A DNA stretch of 64,000 nucleotides from contig NW_024704742.1 of assembly GCF_018977255.1 (NCBI RefSeq), positions 109,742,001 through 109,806,000 of the forward strand. Direction: 5' to 3'. This DNA is from Callorhinchus milii (Eukaryota). How positions within the stretch are numbered: the first letter of the stretch is position 1; the number at the start of each line of letters is the position of its first letter. Of this stretch, positions 25,681 through 40,261 are shown in pieces. The position numbers and the translations under genes were made by a program. Below the pieces are notes generated by a model. That model worked only from the letters and a program-made list of their open reading frames with translations. It made no database searches and had not been told where the DNA came from.

Positions 25681-27789
25681 TTGATGGAGGATATTTTATG
25701 AAACGTATGTGGTAAAAATATTGTATCTACCATATAAGTTTCATAAAATCTTACACCTGAATTATACAGATTATACACCTGAATATTGTTTTGCTGCTTG
25801 TAATACATGCTTATCACTTTCTGCGTAAATTTACATTTACTAAGTGTCTTCATCAGGCATAGTATGATCAGATGTAACCCTCCCTGTGCTCAATAATTTG
25901 CCTCAATCACCTCTTTAAAAATAATATCTCCTGTGGTATAAACTCATGGTTTAGATTTGTAGGAAGCTTTGTACAGTGGACCTTTGTTCATTGCCCTCAA
26001 AGGATTTTGCTTAGGACCTCTAATCAACCTATTTGTGTAAACAAAAAAATATATAGGATTATTGAAACTCAATCATGTCAAGCCGGAAACTCACAATAGA
26101 CACATTTTCAAATTAAAGAATAGTGGTTTTATTCTGGCCAAAATATCAACTTCTGTCCCCCAAAAATTTAATGCTTGAGCAATACATCTGTGGTCTGGGA
26201 AGTATACTTTGACATTGATTCTTGACTGATGAGTTAGTGTGATATCATTGTCAGAGGTCTAGAAAGGTACAGATGGCACACAGATGGGAACTAGTCGCTT
26301 TCATTGGGCCTGGAAAGCAGATTTCTTGAATCTGACATGCCAAGTTTCTTCTTTTAATTTGATACTTCAGTTATATATTTACTTTTTGAATCTGCAGTAG
26401 TGAGTATACAACTAGTTCATGAAAATAACATTGATTGTAACTCCCTTAACTGTAATTTACTTTTCTTGTGTTTTTAAAAACAGGATATCTTGGATGTTTT
26501 GTACATTTTCTGGGTAATAGTCCACGTGAACTTTTTATTCCAAAAAAGTGGAATTTCATTAACAACATCAAAAATATGATCTGAATAGGCTATAGTAGAA
26601 TGGACCATTCCAATTGTAATAAGGTCTTTACAGTTATTTAGAGACCTGGATTGCAACAGAATGATTCCAAAGGTAGTAAAATATAATAATGATTAAAATA
26701 TTGATGGTGTTATTACAAAATCTTTAAACTAAATCCCAAATCCTTTGTAAAAGTGTTAAAATTCTCTCAATTTACAGAATACTCTTCTCAAATTGGAAGA
26801 TTATGTGCTTTATACAGAAACCTGGGTGCTGCCAATCTTCTGAAGACTGTTTTATTTTCGTCATACAGTGTATAGCCTTATTGTTAAAATGCCAGTTGTG
26901 GATTGTTTTCTAGAATTCTATCTTTCGGTTGAATGCACTATAGCAATGAATGTATTAGCAAAAAAAAATTTAAAAATCTTGTACCCCAAGAATCGGGTAT
27001 TAGGGCAACAGTTCAGTCCCATGATTGCAAACTGCTTTGCTGAAACCTATGAGGTTTCAATGAGAATTATTCATCATGTGGTAGAGTTTTTTCCAATTAA
27101 AAATGTACATTGGAGAAGCACATCCTTAAATTCTGGTTCCATAATCCTGTTTCACGCTCTGTGTCTGTTATTGTGAATGGCACCTATCTCTTCCTGTGGG
27201 CCATGCAACTATGGAAACCAGGTCAGACTGCAGTAAAGTAGGAAAATGCAGCCACAAGTCTGTTGTCTTTTACACTTCAAAATGGTACTTTGACATAGGG
27301 TATAATGACTCTTGTTTATATGTTGACATTTTGGAAAATAATATATTTTGAAATATTCCATACTTAAGATCTAAATATTGATGATTGAACCCAGTAAATT
27401 ACTGTGATGCAACGCAGTGGTCTTAATTTATGAACTTAGATCGCTGTGTTAAAACAAATTGTGAAAAAATGACCATCTTCTGGTTTGTTAGGAAGTGACA
27501 TAGGAAGCTCCCCCATGTCTCTGTGTGTGATGTGCAGAAAGCATCACTGGCATCACTTAATGCACATTATGCACAAGAAGCACATCTGATGTCACTTCTA
27601 TCAGAATGTAGGAAATGATATATCAACAATGACATGACTGCTTGGGAGGTAGCATCTTTTAGTGCAGGAAGTGGTAAGTCAATCCCAAAAGACTGGCTTA
27701 CTGTACTTTGCTGGTTCACTCATAGTATGGGTTTAGCGTTGGTCCATGGGATACCTATGCTGTAAGTAAACCAGCATCTTATAATAATA

Positions 27790-28135
27790 ATACTAACAAT
27801 CCTTGCATTTGATATAGCTCCTTATCACGTCTTCGAGGCATCTCAAAGTGCTTCACAGGATATACTGTAAAGTGAATTGACTACATTTTGAGGGTGAAAT
27901 GCGGCAGCCAATTGCGCATAGCTGCATCCCACAATCAGTCGTGGATTGAAGTGATCAATTTTTTTTTTTTTTTGAAGGAGTTATTACCCCCGGAAAAGCG
28001 ATCCACCAATTGACTAACAACCAGGTTCCTATTTTCTGCTAGGTAAACAGAGCCATGTGGAGTAAGGAAACTTGCCCAATGTTTCGCCTGGCCAGGAATT
28101 GAATCCAGGTCTCTCGCTTGTGAAAAGAGGGTCAA
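27790..28135 (-). mobile_element. tRNA-derived SINE, long subfamily
   Basis: Reverse-complement homolog of 51553-51906. Confidence 0.85.
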
Positions 28136-29230
28136 TAACAACAATACCAAACAAATTGCATTTATGTAGTGCCTTTACTGTTGGGAGGATGTCTCAAGGT
28201 GCTGGAGAATTAAGGGTTTGCACCCGAACTGGGAGTTGGATTCAAGAAGGGTAGGGGTAAGGGAGATGGGAAGGTGGTCAAAGGCACGATCAAAGAGCAA
28301 GGTCTTGAAACAGACCTTGAAGGAGGCAAGAAAATGGTTGAGGCAAAGATAGTTGACTCTGGAATAGAGTTCCAGAAGGTGGAGGCAGAGAGGCTGAAAG
28401 CTTGAATGCTTACAGTGAGGTGAGCAGGCCGCAGGACATGAAACAGGCCAGTGCCAGGGGAGGGAGCGGGCAGGTTGGTAAGGTTTTAGCAGGTAAGGTA
28501 AGGACAGCAGTGGCCCTGGAATTGAGGGGGGAGAGAGAGTTGGGTATCATCTGCATATATTTGTAAGTTAACCCCAGCCCGTGGATGACATCACCGAGTG
28601 AAGCATGTAAATATTAAAGATGAGAGGACCAAGGATAGTGCCCATAAGAATGTCACACAGGATAGGTCGGGGGTTGAAGGAGAAGCCATTAGCAGATGTG
28701 AAGTGGAGACGATGGGAAAAGTAAGAGTGAAAACAGAACTGTAACGGAGAAGCTGAGAGGAAAGGTGGTGGAGAGATCAATGAGCTTGAGGAGGCAGAGA
28801 TAGCCCTGGTCACAGATGGACAGAATGTCATCAGTGACTTTCAGTAGGGAAGTCTGGACTATGAGTAGCACTGAAACCAGAATGGAGGAGTTCATGCATG
28901 GAGTGCCAGGAGAGGAAAGAGCGAATCTGAGAAGCAATGACTTGTTCCAGATCCTTGGAAAGGGAGGTTGGAAATGGAGCAGTAGTTAAGGAACAGAGAT
29001 GTGTCAAGGGAATTTTTTTTAGGGTGCGGTGTGATGACAGCTGTTTTAAAGGGGGTAGCCACTGTGCCTGTAGACAGAATGTTGACTGTGTCTGTTAGGA
29101 GGGGCATGGACTTGGACCTGGGATGTCAGAAGAGGAGTAGAGTCAAGGGTTAGTTTAATTTGGGAAATGATGGCGGTTAGAGAAGTGGGAGAGACGGAGT
29201 CAATGAAGATGTGGAAGGAATTGTGGGTGG
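28135..29230 (-). mobile_element. L2 LINE fragment with internal deletions
   Basis: FKTAVITP..KKNSLD...NYCSISNLPF, ILGPLIFNIYML, L2 tail. Confidence 0.85.
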
Positions 29231-31887
29231 AGGCTGGAAAGGAGGGGATAAATAACATAGCCAAGAAATATTCAATCAACAAAGTTTATTTTGTTGACCG
29301 ACCAAAAAGGTTGGCCAGCACTGCGTTGGCCACATCTTTCCGTTATCTAAAAACATATACCCTTTAATTTCAAGGAACTCGTTTAGTTCCCTTTTGAAGC
29401 CCTTTACAGTTCCTACTTCTCCCATGTGTACAAAGGGCAACACAAGAGCTAGATCTCTTTTAGCTTTTTAATCCTTTGACACTTATTCTAAGAGACAGAA
29501 TCCTTGTTCAGAGCAAGTAATAAGATATGTAATGACAAAAAAATGCAGTAAAATGTCTTGTATTGGTGCTGAATGTGAACTTAGAGGCTGAGCATGGATC
29601 TACAGTAGATGAATAATAAAATGATGCTTGTTACAAATCAGACAGAAGTATTCCAACCACCTGCTTAAGTCTTGTAAAGATGTAGTATCAAACAACATGT
29701 TATGTTGCTGCCAGAAATCAATAAGGTAATAACCAAATTGTTGACAGAACAATAAAGTTGTCAATGGTTCTGAGCCACATAATTTTGCCTAAAGGGAAAA
29801 TTTATATTGTACGTGCATTCCTAACAGAATGCTCTGGGGGTAAGCACATCTTGCATCTACTGATTGCTTGCAATTTATAATTTGCATTCACTGTTTACAG
29901 AATGTAAACAATTCCCTTGAAGCTGATATTGCAACTAGGATTGTATTAGATGAGATCTATTATTTTTTACACTCCAATGGTCACCCTCTTAGCTCCCCCC
30001 CTCCACCCCTCCTGATTCCAACCACCAGCTCGGGTGCAGATCCCTGACTATCCAGCGCCTTGGGACGTCCTCCTGACATGAGAGATGCTATACAAATGTA
30101 ATTTTTTTAACCATATTAATAATTTTGGACAGTTATTAAACACTTTGGGGTTTGCAAGGAAATCATGAAAAAGAGTGTGGAAAATTTTAATGATGACTTC
30201 ATTGAACATGGAATGGTTTAAGTCTGATTCATTTATAAGTGTTATTGCCAGTGTAGCTTAAAGTTCAATATTTTGTATAGTATAGCAAGCATTTTTAAAT
30301 GAAGAAACTGAGATGCAACATTTTAATCAAGACATTCACTTACAAAATACACACTGCAGACTATTATATCCTATGTAAATGCAAGAATTATTAATAATAA
30401 AAGCAAAAGAGTGGGAGTAATAATAAAAAGTAAAGCTATAATTATGGCAAATTTGGGTTTTGTGGAAGGAATGAATGAGATGAGTTCTAGACTTTTGAGG
30501 TTTTGGGAAAGGAAGCATCAGAGTAATAATAATAATCCTTGCGTATAATATAGTGTTTAATTTCACTGAAACATCTCAAAGTGCTGCACAGAGGTTTCTG
30601 TAATGAGTAGTTACTGTACATTTGTAGCAAATGTGTCAGCCGCAAGGGTAGGAGTTTTGTGTGGCTTTGATTTCAGGAAAAAAGTAGCTTAGTATATTTG
30701 GAACACGGGAAGGAGGTTCAGTGGAGCCGTAACCATAGTATCACTACAATAGAGTTAGGAACTGAAAGGGTTTGATCAACAAAGGTTTGCAGCATCTTTC
30801 TAAAACCCTTCTAAAAAGCCAAGGTAAATTAAAAAGCTAACTGAGCTTCTGGTTTACCTTACACAATAGGTATAAGCTCTTCTCCCTTTGAATAGAGATG
30901 TGGGATCTTTAACATTCATCTCAACTGATGGAATGGAGCTTGGTTTTAACGTTTCATGTGAAGGGTGGTCCTTATGACAGTGCAGCGTTCAATAGCACTG
31001 CATTGGCGTGTTTGCCGAGATTATGATGTCAACCTCCAATCTGAATTTGTACCCACAACCTTCTGAGGCAAGAGTGCAACTGACAGATTCATAATATTCA
31101 GATTCAAACAGATAATAACTGAACATTGTTGAGGAACCCTGTAAATTATTAAGGCAATACAAATAAAACTTCCTCCTCTTACCACAAGCCAAATGCTTTT
31201 ATTTTGTGTACACAGGACCTTATTGTGTTCTCAATATCAATTGGCTATTTAGCCATTGAATCAGTTTCACTAATTACATTGCAATGGAACGCGTGTATTT
31301 TTTCTGTTTTGTATAAACAGTCAAAATGGTAAGATACCATTTTAGTGTGTTGTGAGTTTTGTCTTGAATATAAACAACTTTTTGTATGATACGGCTACGT
31401 TTGCTCATTTAATAACAATATGTATAACTGGGATAGCCCCAAAAAGATGGCATACCAAAACCTGCTTCTGTACATTTCTCTGTTTAACTTGATGTTTGTA
31501 CATGAAATCTCAAATGAGTTGACAGGGAAATTAAGTATAAGAAATCAAAAATTTCCCAGTAAAAAGACTCTTGCCTAATATTTTTATTTGCCTTAAAATA
31601 AAATTGTATTTTTTAATTTGAAGAAAATAGGTTGAAGGAGCAATTGAATGTGAAAATCACAATGTAAAGGGCCCAAGTATTGGGAAAATTACTTGACATC
31701 CCTGAAAAAGTTTGCATGGCCATGTATGTCATGTTAACCATGACATTTACTATTGACATTTACTTTACTATTGGGTGATTTGGGGTCAGAGCTTGCCAGT
31801 GAGTGCAGTCAACATGGGGGTTTCCTGCATTAGATGCACTTTATGTCCTCAGATTTTTGTGATGTTTGCACAATTTTTGCTATGGGT

Positions 31888-31958
31888 TTATAATAATAAA
31901 TATAATAGTTTATTATAATAATAATAAATAATAATAAATATAATAATAAATAAAATAT
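31888..31958. repeat. AT-rich low-complexity (AAT)n-like repeat
   Basis: ataataataaata units. Confidence 0.85.
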
Positions 31959-32079
31959 TCTAGTTTTTTATATAGTACATTTCCTATTGAGCTGTTTTTC
32001 AATCAAAATGTATTCTTTGTGACAGGACAGGAACAGCCATTTTAATTTGGGTTGTTATTCTTATGACACCCAATTATTC

Positions 32080-34085
32080 CTCCGCTTTCTTAAAGCACAG
32101 GTGCGTGCTGCTGAACACACCTGGCTTAAATCAAATTTAATGGTCCATCGGCAGATCTGGCTGGACCTGATCAAATCTTACAGCTCGTCCTCGCTGCCAC
32201 TAAATCGTCGTTCTACTCCAAGACAATCTTGGAGGCAAAGGATAACCCCAGGCTCCTCTTCTCCATCACCAACTGGCTCCTCCGCTTACTCTCACACCTC
32301 ACCCATCCTTATTTCAAATCCCAACTGCGAGGCGATGCTGGACTTCCTCGAATCCAAAGTTGTGGGGATCCACTCAACTGCCTCTTCCAATCCGTCTGCT
32401 ACGCCCTCCCCATCACCCCCTCCCACCCCGCCCTCTACCCATCCCTCCACACCTTCAAATCTGTTTCCCACACCTCTCTCACCACCACAATGACCCGCAG
32501 GAAACCAACCACCTGCTCCCTCGACCCCATCCCTACCCTTCTCCTTACCTCCCAGCTCCACCTCCTTGCCCCTCTACTCACAGACATCATAAACCTCTCC
32601 CTGTCCTCTGGTACTGTTCCCACCCCATTCTGCCATCATCATTCCTATCCTTAAAAAATCCTTCCCAGGACCCTCTACTCTCAACCTACCGCCACAGCTC
32701 CAACCTTCCTTTCCTCTCCAAGGTCCTGGAATGAGTTGTTGCTACCTAGCTTTGCTCCTTCCTCTCCCGCCACTCCCTTCATGAACCCCGACGACAGCAC
32801 AGAACCAGCCCTGGTCAAAGTGACAAATGACATTCTGTCCATCTGCTACCAGGGCTCCCTCTGCCTCCTTGATCTCTGCTGCCTTCGACACCGTCGACGA
32901 CTCTACCCTCATCCACCATCTCCTCTCACAGGTCTGTCCTTGACTGGTTCAGTTCATACCACTCACACCATCTCCACTTCATCTCCACAAGCGGTTTCTC
33001 CTCTAGCCCTGCACCGTCTCATGCGGCGTTCCTCAGGGCTCTGTCCTTAGTCCCCTCCTCTTCAATATCTATGTGCTCCCACTTTGTGACATCGCCCACA
33101 GACATGGAGTCAACTTCCACATGTATGCGGATGACACCCAACTCCTATCTCTCTGCCTCCACCCTTGACTCCAGGACCACTGCTGTCCTGACAGAATGTC
33201 TGTCAGACATCAAGCCCTGGATGAGAGCTAACCTTCTTGAGGTGAACGTCAACAAGACTGAGGCTCTCCTGATTGGCTCCCGTCAGCGCCTCCTCACCTC
33301 AAGTGCTGACAGCTCACCATCCATGGTTGCACACTCCACCTTACTAAGCCAATCCAGAACCTTGGGGTCTTGTTTGACCCTCAACTATCCTTTCTACCCC
33401 ACATCTGTGCCATGACCCGCTCTACCTTCCACACCTCCACAACATCGCCCGGCTCCACCACTGTCTCACACCCAAGCCGCTGAAACCCTCTTACCCACTT
33501 TTGTTACATCGCGGCTTGACTTTGCAAATTCCTTGCTTAACGGCCTCCCCAACTCCTCCCGCTGTAGGCTGCAGATAATCCAGAACTGTGCAGCACGTGC
33601 CCTCTTGGCTCTGTGGCCCTATCACCCCCATCCTCATCCGACTCCACTGGCTTCCATCACACAGAGGATACAGTTCAAAATTCTGGTCCTCATCTTCAAA
33701 GCCCTCCATGATCTTGCTCCCCACTACTACTGCGACCTCCTGAACCCCTACCATCCTGCTCGCTCCCTCCGCTCAGTGGGCTCCGGCCTCCTTCACGTCC
33801 TCCCGCCTCGCTCGGCCCACTATTGGCGGGTGGGCCTTCTGCCACTCTGCCCCTCCCTCTGCAACTCGATCCCACAATCGCTCCGCCTCGTCCCTCCCTT
33901 GCCCCCCTAAGACCCATCTCAAGATCCTCCTATTCAATGCTTTTGATCACCATGCTTCCCCCATTGTCCACCACCCTCCCCCATCCCAAATCCCAGCTCA
34001 GGTCCGAAATTCTGACTGTCCAGCGCCTTGAGATGTCCTCCCGACGTGAAAGGTGCTATATAAATGTAATTTTTTTGTTGTCGTT
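32080..34085 (+). mobile_element. L2 LINE, about 2 kb, frameshifted ORF2 with 3' tail
   Basis: [48 protein letters not shown]. Confidence 0.93.
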
Positions 34086-34800
34086 GTATTCTTTCTCACC
34101 AGCCCTACAAGGGAAAAAAATTAGCTGTTTGAATTCTTGGTGTCAGAGTCCGCCACTGTCAAGCACTCTGGGACGCTATTCAGCGTGAAGGGTGCTATAT
34201 AAATGCCAGTTGTTGTTGTAATCAGATGATTGAAGCACAGACTTTTGGTGTGTTTCGTTTTGGTGGTATTTTCTCCACAGCATTTCAATGAGCTGATTGT
34301 TAGTGCCTCTTTCACAGATGTCAGGATTGCAATGGGTCATTTTCACGTAAAAGGCATTAGCCTTGCCTTACCAATTGGTGGACCTGCTCCTGTCAAAAGA
34401 TAAGATTTCCCCTCAGATAAACACTATACGAAGGCACAGCGTATTTTACCTTGGAAATGTTACTGTTTTCTAGATTTTAATTCCCCATTAACATTAAATT
34501 GATACCTTTGACAATATAATAATACTTAACACTTGCCCAGTTAATGGATTTTCATACACGTACTGCCAAGTCAATGTCTTTCTAGGGTGGAATTAATTAC
34601 CATAACACATTTATTGTGTATAACCTAACAAGAAAATATCAGGGTTTGCATTTGTTACATTTTAGGCCAATTTTAATCAAATGCAGACTGATTGCTGTAG
34701 ATACTATATAATATTTATATCCATTTTTTGTCTTGTATAATAATTTAATTGCAGACTATTGATATTGTAAATAATAATGCCAATATTTTGTATTTTGCAG

Positions 34801-34866
34801 ATTATCACCCAACATGTTTATGAACTTTTAGAAAAAGAATGTAATTTGAAAAAGGTTTATCTCCCG
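34801..34866 (+). CDS. FAM172A: FAM172A coding exon 4 (IITQHV...KVYLP, phase 0-0)
   Basis: Acceptor tattttgcag|, donor |gtaagt, 66 nt. Confidence 0.95.
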
Positions 34867-36527
34867 GTAAGTGTATCTTGTAATATATATTCTGGTGGCC
34901 TCAAAATGCTTCAGTTATTTTTGGAGAATGGAAGCTCTGCTTTGCAATTTACTTATGGGACACAACTACAGAATTGGTAGCTGCCTGGATAAGCCAAGGT
35001 TCTTCAGTATCTGTGAACTTTAGAGAGCCATAGCCTATCAGGCCTGAAAGGCACAAATTCTATCACCGAATTTTAAGATTGTTCATAACAGAGGAAGTTG
35101 CTAAAAGTCAGAAAATGTATTTCCTGCATATCCTTATCTAACTAGGTAGGGATCTATCTAAATAGGCCAGTGATAGGCCACAAACCAATCTTTAGTCAAA
35201 TGCTTTATGTATTTCTGCTCTCATGAAGAGTCAAAGCTGATGTATGCAATGCCTATTCTGTGATTTATGCTGAAGAGAAAGCATGCAAAAGCAGATTCTT
35301 TTGGACAACAATTTACCGCCAAAGTACAAAATGTCCAGGCAGTTTGTATCATGAAGAAAAATTAATTTTCTCGTTTTACTACCAGTTGTGACTACAAAAT
35401 GTTACTGTCGCCTTAATACATGCAAACTATTAAGGGATTACATTGAACAGGGTTTAAATGAGTATAACTGCCTTATTGGATGTATTTGTAAGAGAAACAA
35501 ATAGAAGAGCCAGTGTTTCCCGTTTACTCCCTGAAAACGTAATTCTCGCAGTAAAGTTGGGTAGGTCTACAATGTGGAGAATTGCTGCTCTGCTAAGTAA
35601 AGACTTTACTGTTCATTAGAGCTGTAGAAAGGGTCCCATCAGGTCATTGTTTTGTTTCCATTGTTGTTTGGCTCACTCATACTAAGCCTTTTGGTCTTGA
35701 CCGTCTTTTTGAAATAACTGTACCATAGATTATTCAAATGTTGTGTCGACGAGTGACTCACTGTAACATTTTTGGTATCAAGAATTGGAAACGCTTTCAA
35801 AGACATCTGTGAAACAATGAAATTTAAATTATAATATGTTTTATTCCAGTTAAAAATCAAATTAATTGGGGGCAATTCTTTATTATCTGATACATCTATT
35901 AGTTATACAGTACCACACACAAGTTGTATCAGTCGGGACCAAAACGTTTAATATGAATTCCACGTAGTTCATCACTGTAGCCTGTGACGGGTCAAGATTA
36001 CATTTTCCACAATTCAGTGCACTGTTCACCCCTCACCGCCTGTGCACTTACCAGGAAGCAGTGAATCGCGGGAAATTAAGTTTTTCTGTGCATGGGTCGA
36101 CAGATCAAGACTACGTTTTCCGCCATTCTTTGCAGCCAGCCAGTAAGTGTGGAGAAGGGTCAGGATGGTCATTTTCCACGATTGAATGCAGCCAGTAAGT
36201 GTGAGAGTAATGGAGGATGGAGAGTGGCGTTACGAGTTAGGAGATGATTAATATGACGAGTGCAACAAAATCTTAAGTATTTTTGATAAGAAACTGAATG
36301 GGACTCAGGTGGGTGTACGACTTAGGTGATTGTACGATTTATAAAGATAAGACTTATGCAAGTTTTAATTTTGAATGTGTACAGTCTATTATTAAATATA
36401 TTCCTGTTTTATTTTGTGTTTCCACTTATGTTAGACACCCAGTTGACCAAAACAAGCTTTTATTTGCCATTATGTCACAAAGGTATAAATTTTTACTTTA
36501 ATTTCTTCTGCTTGTTTTTAATCTCAG

Positions 36528-36719
36528 GTGGATGCTACAGACGATGAACCAAAGAACTTCATCTTTATGAGTGAAGATGCATTAACTAACCCTGAAAAAT
36601 TGATGGTTTTGATTCATGGTAGTGGGGTTGTCCGAGCTGGACAGTGGGCCAGACGATTAATAATCAACGAAGACCTCGACAGTGGCACTCAAATACCTTT
36701 TATTAAAAGAGGAATGGAA
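36528..36719 (+). CDS. FAM172A: FAM172A coding exon 5 (VDATDD...KRGME; Arb2 domain IHGSG motif, phase 0-0)
   Basis: Acceptor atctcag|, donor |gtaaga, 192 nt. Contains [35 protein letters not shown]. Confidence 0.97.
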
Positions 36720-37189
36720 GTAAGACTTATTCATTTTTTTTACTCCTCTAAATTCACATAAATGATAGTTTCTCACTGTCTTTTTTTCTATCTGGAGACC
36801 TAAGGATATTATAATTTTATGGAAATGTATATGTGCATAATATCAGTATTAAGCTGAATGGGCTGTTTCCTGAGTCTCGGTAGTTTTCACACCAATTTAG
36901 CAGCAGATTTAAGCAGCTTCAATGCAAAGTTACATTTTCAAATTTGAGTTTAAATCAACAGTAAACTCATTCTGCCTGTGGACAAAACACATCAGCTGAA
37001 CCAATCATTAGTGGACTGATCCAGTCTATGTAAGTAATTGTATATATTCTGACACGAAACTATTACACAGCCTATGCTTTAACTGGAGTAAAATTCAGTG
37101 CTATAGATACTTATATGCTAAACAGATTTTTTTAGGCACAATGAATATTTATGCCATGTTTATATATCATAATACATCATCAAATGTTG

Positions 37190-37701
37190 AATACGTTATT
37201 GCAACATCACTGGCTGGTGCTGATTATCTCGTAATGAAATCTTACTTTCTGTAGCATTTCCATAGTCTCTTCGGTGAATATTACGGTAATGTTAATTTTT
37301 ATGAAAAAACATACAAATGTCGCACAGTGCTGGTCACTTTCAATATGAATATCTGCATGAAAGCAGGACTCTAAGGATTAACTGAAGAAAAAGGATTCAC
37401 ATGTGGAGGTATTTTCCAGAAGTTAACAAACTTCATCTCTGAGCCATTCATACTATTGTGCAACATCACTGGCTGGTGCTGATTGTCTCGTTATGAAAGC
37501 TTACTTTCTGTAGCATTTCCATAGTGTCTTCATTAAATACTACGGCAATGTTAATCTTTCATAAAAAAACATAAAAATGTAGCACAGTGCTAGTCACTTT
37601 CTTTATGAATATCTGCATGAAAGCAGGACCCTAAGGATTAACTGAAGAAAAAGGAATCACGTGGAGGAATCTTTCAGAAGTTAACAAAAATCATCTTGGA
37701 G
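37190..37701. repeat. Tandem duplication, 2 x about 259 bp
   Basis: gcaacatcactggctggtgctgatt starts at 37201 and 37460. The copies are colinear to ...cagaagttaacaaa. Confidence 0.95.
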
Positions 37702-40261
37702 TCAATCTGCTGAAAATTTACAAATTGTATGTGAAATTAGGATGGAGGACTGGCATGAAAGAGAAAAAAATGGACACAAAAGCTGGTTAATCAAATCAGC
37801 TGTTAATTAAGGTAAGTAAATATATTGTGCTTGCACCAAATAAATTTGTACTGTCACATGTTCACATGTTGCTTTCCTCATCTTTGTGTAAATATGTAAA
37901 CTTCAAAATTAAGTATTTCTCTACAATTTTGCAATAAGATAATATTTTACTGCTTTAGAAAAATGTGCAAACTATTTTCTGATTATTAAATAAAATGGCA
38001 ATGTTAGTTGTGCACTTTGTTGTAAATAAATACTACATACATTTTGTTCTTTTCACAGGTATTTGGAACTAGCTGCTTAACTGTTCAGCACTCCACAGGA
38101 CAGTACTTGGAATTTAAGATCACTTTATAGATTGACACTCAGGGTTTGGGGATCACATCAGCTTAGCACCGCACAATGGAACTCAATGCTGACTCCACAT
38201 CCTGTCAGATGGCTTTCATTTATTGAAAGCAGCTCTAAATACTTATATCCCACACTGCTGAAAGGCCTGCTAATTTCTTACCAGTGTGCCACGCAGGTTG
38301 ATTTATATTAAAAAAAAGCTTGCTTTGCTAAGTGGACCACGACAAATTTATAATAGTATACATACGTATAGTGTCACCATCTATTTTGATATTTCCCAGG
38401 TTACAGTTAGTGACATTGCACTGCTGCATTTTCCATTTGTGTACTTTGGATTTGAGGTGAACTGTAGAAGGGCTAGAATCTATCTATTAAGGTTGATCTG
38501 ATACCAAGTGTTCTGCATGAAATCCGTTGGCTTGCATTGTCAGATCTCAAAGAAGATGTTGGTTTGTTGCACGGTCACTAATCTGGACTTGAAAACTGTT
38601 ATTTGAAGGGTCGTTTCTCTTGATAAGAGATGTTGATATGTGCTGTAATTATAGTGTATCTATTCTCTTCATTGTAGATACAGTCTTAATGAAACATTGT
38701 GATTATACCAATGTATATCAAAAACGTTTTATATTGTGTATGTATTTATGATTGGAAATATTATTTACCTAATTCAGCAGTCTCAGAGGAGGATATTGAG
38801 TCAGTTTCATTTCTTTGTAGGAATATGTGCAAATAACTTTCTCTGGTTATTGATTTTCTTTGTGGCCTTTATAGCTACATAGTGTAGTTCTTTCTGCTGC
38901 ATCCTAATTTACACCTCAGAATGTTTAAAGTTGTTAGTTGATTCTTCTTGTGATCTAAACATTTCTGTGGACGTCAGAGTAATGATTCATCTTCAAATGA
39001 TAGTGACCCATTTTTAGGATAGTCATGTAACACGAATAAGCCTGACTGCTTATTAAATAAACCTTTTCTGTATTTGATGACAAACGCATGAAGTTTCATC
39101 TCATTGAAAGTGGTCTTCTGTTATTTCTCACCTGTCACTTTACACATTTACCATCACCAGTGTGTAAGATTGTCATTTGCATACTTCAGGTGGTTTGTAT
39201 CCATGAATTCATGAACTATATTTGTTGCATGACAACTAATGTGATTTGAAAGGTGACTTTTTTTTAAAAAAGTGGATCCAAAGGAAAGGGGAGGGCTATC
39301 GAAAATAACCAAACAATGAGATAATTATTTAGAACATTACAAATTAAATTTCAGATATGTGTTATATCAGCTTTGGTGAAGAAATGTTCTTTCTGTTAAT
39401 AATGTAATGACTTACATTTTAGGTAGGGCCTAATTGGTTTAAAACCTATTGAAGATTTTACACGGCGAGTAAATAAATGCTATGTTGCTACATCTCAACA
39501 GGAATGTCCCATAAACATTTCTAGGAAGTAAACATAATTCAGTAAATAATATTCCATGGAGTAACGTTATACATACAATTCACTGATTTCCCCCCCCCCC
39601 CCCTCTCCCTACAGGAAAGCTAATATATTTCCTTACTAATGGTCCATGTAGATAATGGCTGTTGATTCTGTCTCTGTTTTGTCAGATTGCTGCTGACATA
39701 ACTTCTGGCATGGACTAGCCTGTACATTTGCAACCACTGGGGACAGTCCAAGTTAGAAGTGTATTGCATTTTTGGTAATCACAAGTCCGGAGGACACGTA
39801 AGCTAGTTACGATGTAGCTGTCTTGTAATTTATATTGAGTTGATGCTTCAAAATGTTTTCCAAAAAATCTGGATGAATTCTGTGATTGGGATTTCATAGG
39901 CTCTGAATATCCGTATATAACCCAATCAGCATTAAAAGATAATAAAAATTACACCATTGCTAAACCAAATTCTCTCAGCATAATTTAGTTTCAGAATTAT
40001 GAACATATTATGGCTATAGTTAATACGGTCTACAACGTGCAGGAATTACTGTCAGTGGTAACCTGGAAAGCGGCTAGTCACACTTTTTTATCTGAGGGTT
40101 TGAGTATGTGGACACAGATGCTGCAATATAATGGTGCCAAGCTATATTAAACAAATGTATCTGAGAAATATTAAAGGATATGGAGAAAAGGCTGGAGAAT
40201 GGGACTAAATAGGTAACTCTAGAATTCCAGCACAAGTACGATGGCTTTCTCCTATGCTGTA

